DNA of 36,660 nt from contig CM097882.1 of NCBI GenBank assembly GCA_044892505.1, positions 213,121,341 through 213,158,000 on the forward strand, written 5' to 3'. The stretch comes from Schmidtea nova (taxonomy: Eukaryota). The translations under genes were made by a program, and so were the position numbers. Positions 31,514 to 36,660 of the stretch are shown piece after piece. The stretch's first letter is position 1. The number at the start of each line of letters is the position of its first letter. The notes beneath the pieces were generated by a model. That model saw only the letters and a list, made by a program, of their open reading frames with translations. It made no database searches and had not been told where the DNA came from.

Positions 31514-33757
31514 AAAATTCATATGCAATTGTAAAAATGGATGTGAATTCTTTAAATCTAAATAAATTAATTATCCCTTTGCCTTTATTAAATAAATTTA
31601 ATTCAGTTATTTCCGAAATGGGGTATGTAAAAGTATAATTCTGCATTAAAGTAGAATTTGGAAAAGATGGACAATTCCAATCTTTTATAATATCGAATTC
31701 CGCAAAGCCCATTTAGATGTATTGCCCTATTAAGTGAAAGAAGTACTAAAGTCTGCTAAAAGGGCAGCAAATGGCCAATTAATAAAATTAAAGAAATAAG
31801 CTTTAAACTTTCAAAATATTCACAAATAAGTAGATTGAGCGGTAAAGGTTCTTGTTCAACCCCACCATCATAAAATGCAAAACATTGAACTGTTAATGTA
31901 AAAATACCGATAATTTGTGTTTTATATATAGTATTTTGGCTATTTTAAAATACGATGAGATAAATAACAATCACAGAAACAGAGCATCTAATTATAATCC
32001 CTCAGACATTGTTTTTGATCCTTCTGATTTTCCGATGAAATTATGTAGTATTCCCAAATTTTAATCGAAAAACCCCGGGCTGTCAATAAATGTCCTTTCT
32101 TATGATGAAAGCAATTTAATCAATTGCTTTGAAAAGAATGAAATATTGAAACATCCATTTGTAGATATTATTCATAGGTCAAATGCTGTAGGTGGAACTC
32201 CTATTAATTTGATATTGTTAGAAAATTACTCTTTTCATTATATAGGATTTACCTGTAAATAACTCTTGTAGTTTCTGTATTTTATATGTTTTCGTTTTTT
32301 CTTGTTTTAATGTATAAAATAAAATGTCGTGATAACTAATCACAAATATTAAATAGATAAATCAATTATAATACTTCATATTTAATACTTCATTATATTC
32401 ATACTGAAATCATATTTTAATACATCATGCCGACGTTTAAATTACCAATCTTAAAAGGCTTTTGAATTGTGAAACTCTTTCTTTTACTAACTAACTTTAC
32501 TAGTAAAAAATCATATAAAAGCTTTTATGGTCTTAACTGTGTAGAAGAGGTTTTGACTGAAATCAAAAATATAGGAAAAAAAGTAGTTTTACCTTACTTT
32601 ATAAATAATTCCAAAAAGAAAATGGAATATCTTACCCCTGCACAAATAAGATCGTCTCTTAGTTCTACAATTTGTTATTTGTGTAATAAATCTTTGAAGA
32701 ATCCGGTTAAAGATCATGGCCATTATACAGGTAAATATTTGGGTGCTGCTTGCTCTAAATGCAATTTTTCTCGGAAAATTAGATTCATCATGCCTGTAAT
32801 TTTTCATAATTTACGTGGACATGATCTACCGTATATTCTCAAATATGGTTTAAATAAATTTCCAAGTTGGAATATAAGTTGTATTTCTACTACTAGTGAA
32901 ATGCTTTTGACTTTATATGCAAGACTCGATAGTTTAACTATTAAATTTATCGATTCTTGCCAATTTGTAAGCTCCAGCTTAAACGATGCTGTAAAGACTT
33001 TACCAGATTTTCCTCTTACTTCATTCGAATTTAAAGGGACTATAATTACTTCCAAGGCAATATTCCCATATAATTTTGCAACTTCTTTAGAGGTTTTACA
33101 AAATATATACGAGTTGCCACCGATTTGGGAGGGAGTTACAACCAACGAGAATAAAAAAGCTCAACATATATGAGATGAATTTGATTGTGACACATTGTTT
33201 GATTATATGATGTTATACCTGAAATTGGATGTTTTCTTACTTGCCGACTTTTTTCAGCAATTTAGGGCAAAATCCATTGTACATAACTGACTTGAGCCTC
33301 TTAATTTCTTGGGAATTCCAGGCATGTCATGAAATTTCGCATTGATGACTTTGAAATCTCCTATCGAATTGCTCCAAGATATGGAAATGTATAATTTTTT
33401 CGAAGGGGGGATCCGTGGGGGGTTAACTTATGTTAATAAACACCATATAGTATCCTCCGATGACATTGAGCTTCTTAATATAGATATAAATAATTTATAT
33501 GGGTTAGCCAAAAACTGCCTTATAAAGAATTCAAAAGGGTAAGTGATAGGTGAAAATTAAATAAAATAATTTATTACTGTGAATCTGCTGATTTAAAAGT
33601 ATTAACTTATGGGTTTACATTAGAAGTCGATTTAGAAATTCCTGATTCGATTCAAGACAAGCTGGATGATCTTCCAATTGCCGCTGAAAAGATGTGTCCA
33701 CCTGGCTCAAAGGTAGAGAAGTTGATGCGAACGCATTATCCGAAGAAGAACTATGTT
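31501..33757 (+). pseudogene. polB: Polinton protein-primed DNA polymerase B, N-terminal part (N-domain, endonuclease VII, exonuclease, motif A), multiply disrupted
   Basis: GSKW, NTDNLCFIYSILA, FPMKLCSIPKF..SINV, HYIGFT|NLKRLL, CYLCN..DHGHYTGKYLGAACSKCN, HNLRGHD, FIDSCQFVSSSL, KAIFPY, YLKLDVFLLADFF, GIRGG..DINNLYG, LEVDLEIP, ending at KKNYV. Motifs B and C are not in this segment. Confidence 0.92.
32254..32441 (+). mobile_element. 188-bp solo-LTR-like insertion within polB
   Basis: Flanked by a 5-bp direct repeat TTACC (32249-32253 and 32442-32446). Starts TGTAAA and ends TTTAAA, one change from TTTACA. Removal restores HYIGFTNLKRLL. Confidence 0.75.
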
Positions 33758-34316
33758 TCAAAGACAAGAGTACAACAAATCCTAAAATAATTAAACTTTA
33801 TCAACACATGTTCATCTATAGCAACATTGTTGAACCGATTATTGTTGGTGATTCTCGTGTTTCTCTGTTAACCCCTTTCTGCATGAGTGTTCATATATGA
33901 ACATAATTAATTAAGACTCGAAAATATTCTTTTTTCATAAAAATATTATTTTGTTTCTGGTAACATTCTTAAGTTGCAACCCTGTTTATTCTAATTTAGT
34001 ACCAAAAACTGTCAAGTGGCGCTAATGACCCTACTTTTCTAAATGTAACGGTTACTATTCGGCCATTTTTTAAATATATTTTTTAAATATAAACAAAAAA
34101 TTCATGCAGAAATGGGTTAAAGACGGTGTGGGATGAAAAATACGAACAAGATGAAGTAGTGCGAATTGTAATAGAAAATCCAATGTATCTATCTATGTCA
34201 ACATCATTTATAAACAATATAGAAATTATTATACCTGATGATTCTGGAAAATCTATAAATTTTTCAAAACATTCAAAACTCATTTGACTTTGCATTTCAA
34301 AAAGGTAGATATCTAA
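33758..34316 (+). pseudogene. Polinton minor capsid (penton) C-terminal part
   Basis: HMFIYSNIVEPIIVGDSRVSLL|KTVWDEKY..NPMYLSM..NIEIIIPDDSGKSINF..TLHFKK. The N-terminus is missing at the junction with polB. Confidence 0.85.
33872..34116. mobile_element. piggyBac-type MITE (245 bp) inside the penton gene
   Basis: TTAA-CCCCTTTCTGCATGA..TCATGCAGAAATGGG-TTAA (14/15 TIR match). Removal gives in-frame CTG TTA AAG ACG. Confidence 0.9.
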
Positions 34317-34700
34317 TCCTGATATTGTTTCGCTTTATAATGGTAGTCAATCAGGTGGTGAATTACCATGATTTGTTGGTAAACAATATGGTTCTGATTG
34401 GTTGCTCACAATCGGTTGATATGCACTTCCAATTCTTAAAAAGATTGGTTCTTTTGGAATGAAAGCAGCAAAGGATGTGTTAGTGTAAGATCAAAAGATT
34501 TTACCAACTTTAAAAAGACATGGAATGGACGAAATTGGAAAAATAATGCCTAGTGCAAAAAGAGATTTTTAAACCAAGTGAACCAGAAAAACCAACACCA
34601 AAACTAGTTGTTCCTCGTAGTAAACGAAAAAAGTTTCTTATAAAAAAAGATGGAAAGGTCTTGGAACAATATTTGAAAATGATTTGGGGCAAAACTGAAT
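34309..34700 (+). pseudogene. Basic core-protein-like Polinton gene (adenovirus pVII/pX-like precursor)
   Basis: SNPDIVSLYNGSQSGGELP*FVGKQYGSDW..*YALPILKKIG..PRSKRKK..KGLGTIF. Has QxGG/QxGxG-type motifs and lies between penton and major capsid. Confidence 0.6.
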
Positions 34701-35896
34701 TGTCACTTTTTGATCGTCCATCTCCTCAAGTAGTAACATGGTACATTTGAAGATGTATTTCCTATGAACTCAATTACTGATTCGCGAAATGATGTAGAAT
34801 TCTATATTAATGGATCACAAACATAGTAGTTGGACTTGAACGACACACTTTTATCCATTCAATTGAAAGTTGTGAATAAAGACAAGAAGGATTTGGCTGA
34901 TGGTGTAGATGTGGTACCGAATAACTTTATGTTTCATACACTATTTAAAGATGTCATACTTGGATTTAATAACATCAAGATTGAAGAAGAAAACAAAACA
35001 TATGCACAGAAAGCTTTGATTGAAACTATTTTAAACTATAATGGAGATACAAAGAGTGTTTCGCTTGCAGCAATGGGTTATGAAACTAAAGACTTTCGAA
35101 AACAATGAATTGCAAAATCAAGATTGTTTTCAATATGTTCATCATTGCAACTAGATTTCATGGATCAACCCAAATACTTTCTTCCTGGTCTAATTGTACA
35201 CATTTGTCTAAAGTGATCAGATTTAAAATTTTGTTTGGATACAACAGTTGCTAGATCAGCATCAAAATATCAGTTGATTGATGCAAAATTATTGGTTCGT
35301 AGTGCTAATTGAATCATCAGTGTTGGTAGGTCATTAGATTGGTCTCAATTCACAACATGCAATTTATCCCATCAAGTCAAAAGAAATTGTTGCATTTGCA
35401 ATAAGCAAAGATTCGTCATCGTTTTATAAAGAACAAATATTTGATGATAAGCGTTTACTAAACTTTATTCTGGTAACATTTCAATCGGAAGCTCAATATA
35501 ATGGTTTGAATGCAGAAATGAGTTCAAAATTTAACCATTTCAGTATAACTTCATTAACTTTATCGAAAAACTTTATTATCGTGAAACATATAAGCAAGAT
35601 TTTGACAAAGATAATTATGCTGTAACTTAAATGCAATCTATTGTACGAAATATGGGTTATTTAGACAATAATCTATATTGTGGAATAAATCTTGTAGACT
35701 TTAAAAGTAAATACCCTTCTTTACATTTGTGTTGGCTCCCGACTTTGATTGGAATCAATCGCAGTTACCTCAAAATGGAAATTTAAGACTTGATATTAAA
35801 TTCAACAAGGCTCTTACATCTCCTGCATTTGTAATAATGTATGGTGTTTTTGAGAGTGAAATTCAGATCTCTGCAAATCGAACTATTTTAGTGTAA
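34679..35896 (+). pseudogene. Polinton/adintovirus major capsid protein (hexon-like double jelly roll), with stops and frameshifts
   Basis: KTELSLFDRPSPQ, VEFYINGS..LDLNDTLL, HTLFKDV..TYAQKALIETILNY, DFMDQPKYFLPG, AIYPI, GNLRLDIKFNKAL..MYGVFESEIQISANR. Confidence 0.9.
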
Positions 35897-35927
35897 ACAA
35901 AGTTGTTGATGAATATTACTTTGAAAT

Positions 35928-36286
35928 ATGGAGTAAGTTAGTTTTGTTACTAATAATTCTACTAATGTAGTTCTATTCAGCTTAATAGAATTGCAACAAA
36001 TTTATTCGGATATAATTTTCCTTTTCTAAACGATAACAAAGCCATCATTGTCAAAACATAATCTTCAAGTCTTGATGAAGAACATTGGCTAGTCATATAT
36101 ATGACCCCTGAAAAGATTCATGTGTTTGACCCTATGGGTTATTATTATCTATCACTCTTGGTATCAAAGCTCTCCAAATTATCAAAACCTATTGTTTACA
36201 ACAAAAATAGATATCAAGATCCATTAACAGTTACTTGTGGACAATATCGTATTGTTTGGTTATATTATTTGTTTAATAAATGTTAA
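35928..36286 (+). pseudogene. Adenain-like maturation cysteine protease, two exons (35928-35932, 35971-36286), one premature stop
   Basis: ATG GA|T TCT gives MDSIQLNRIA.. across a 38-nt GTAAGT..CTAATGTAG intron. Catalytic motifs EHW, HVFDPMG, YQDPLTVTCGQY. TAA at 36059-36061. Confidence 0.88.
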
Positions 36287-36417
36287 TTATTTGGCGTATG
36301 ACTTTTATTTTCAAAAATAACTAAATTAACTCGTTTGTTTTATAACTTTTAATAAAATAACATTTAGACAACTCATCAAATAATTTTAGCAACAACAACA
36401 ACAAAGTAAAATGTTTA

Positions 36418-36660
36418 ATCAGATAGATATTGTTCTGATTCACTTGATAAATAACTTGGTGAATGCTCAGCTTGAACACCTTCCTGAAAAATTACTATAG
36501 AATAATGCCCATTAGCTAGACTCTTATTTCTCCTGACCCAACCCTCTTATCATCGTTGTTAGTTAATGCGACTTTAGTTGTTTTAAATTTAAAGAAAAAT
36601 GATGATTTTTATTGCCAATTCTAATTTGTTGGACTTTTGGAATTATCATTCCATTATAAC
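36418..36660 (-). pseudogene. polB: PolB extreme C-terminus on the opposite strand, continuing beyond the window
   Basis: With two frameshifts: QIRIGNKNHH..KTTKVALTNNDDKRV..SLANGHY, matching the Polinton PolB end pattern K.aL...DDKR...la.GHY. Confidence 0.75.

Larger units (their letters stand above)
28427..36660. mobile_element. Decayed endogenous Polinton/Maverick (adintovirus-like) element; boundaries uncertain, continues past the window
   Basis: Co-located protein-primed PolB with endonuclease VII domain, penton, core-like protein, double-jelly-roll major capsid and adenain protease. The left boundary is a guess based on the repeat-rich 28427-28790 block. Confidence 0.88.

Noticed and set aside
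31452-31900. Minus-strand 86-aa ORF and a vague Ulp1-like reading (FYDG..LCG)
   Set aside because: The plus strand here clearly encodes the PolB N-domain, and the Ulp1 HW motif is absent.
34360-34425. TGA stops at probable Arg codons as evidence of CpG-methylation decay of the virus
   Set aside because: Only two sites, ancestral codon unknown, and other stops look like TGG-to-TGA changes; needs a consensus-based mutation spectrum.

Overview
Very AT-rich eukaryotic DNA, most likely from an invertebrate animal: the SMYD5, GBF1 and plastin homologues look metazoan and predicted introns are only 36-46 nt. The species cannot be determined. There are several N-runs next to repeats. No rRNA, tRNA or CRISPR array is visible. 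Left to right: (1) a decayed mariner transposon; (2) a minus-strand mosaic of truncated gene 5' ends (SMYD5, an unknown ORF, GBF1) with a duplicated promoter module and a ~970-bp palindrome; (3) solo-LTR-like repeats, two of them nested; (4) a fimbrin/plastin gene whose visible part lacks the EF-hand headpiece; (5) a young full-length 4,630-bp Ty3/Gypsy element with identical 122-bp AGTT..AACT LTRs, whose gag starts inside the LTR; (6) a foldback-type element with a perfect central hairpin; (7) a second, decayed Gypsy pol interrupted by a piggyBac-type MITE; (8) tandem arrays; (9) a decayed endogenous Polinton/adintovirus (PolB, penton, core-like protein, major capsid, adenain protease). The viral element appears to carry very short spliceosomal introns and to have undergone an internal inversion. 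Protein family assignments come from my recognition of motifs, not from database searches.
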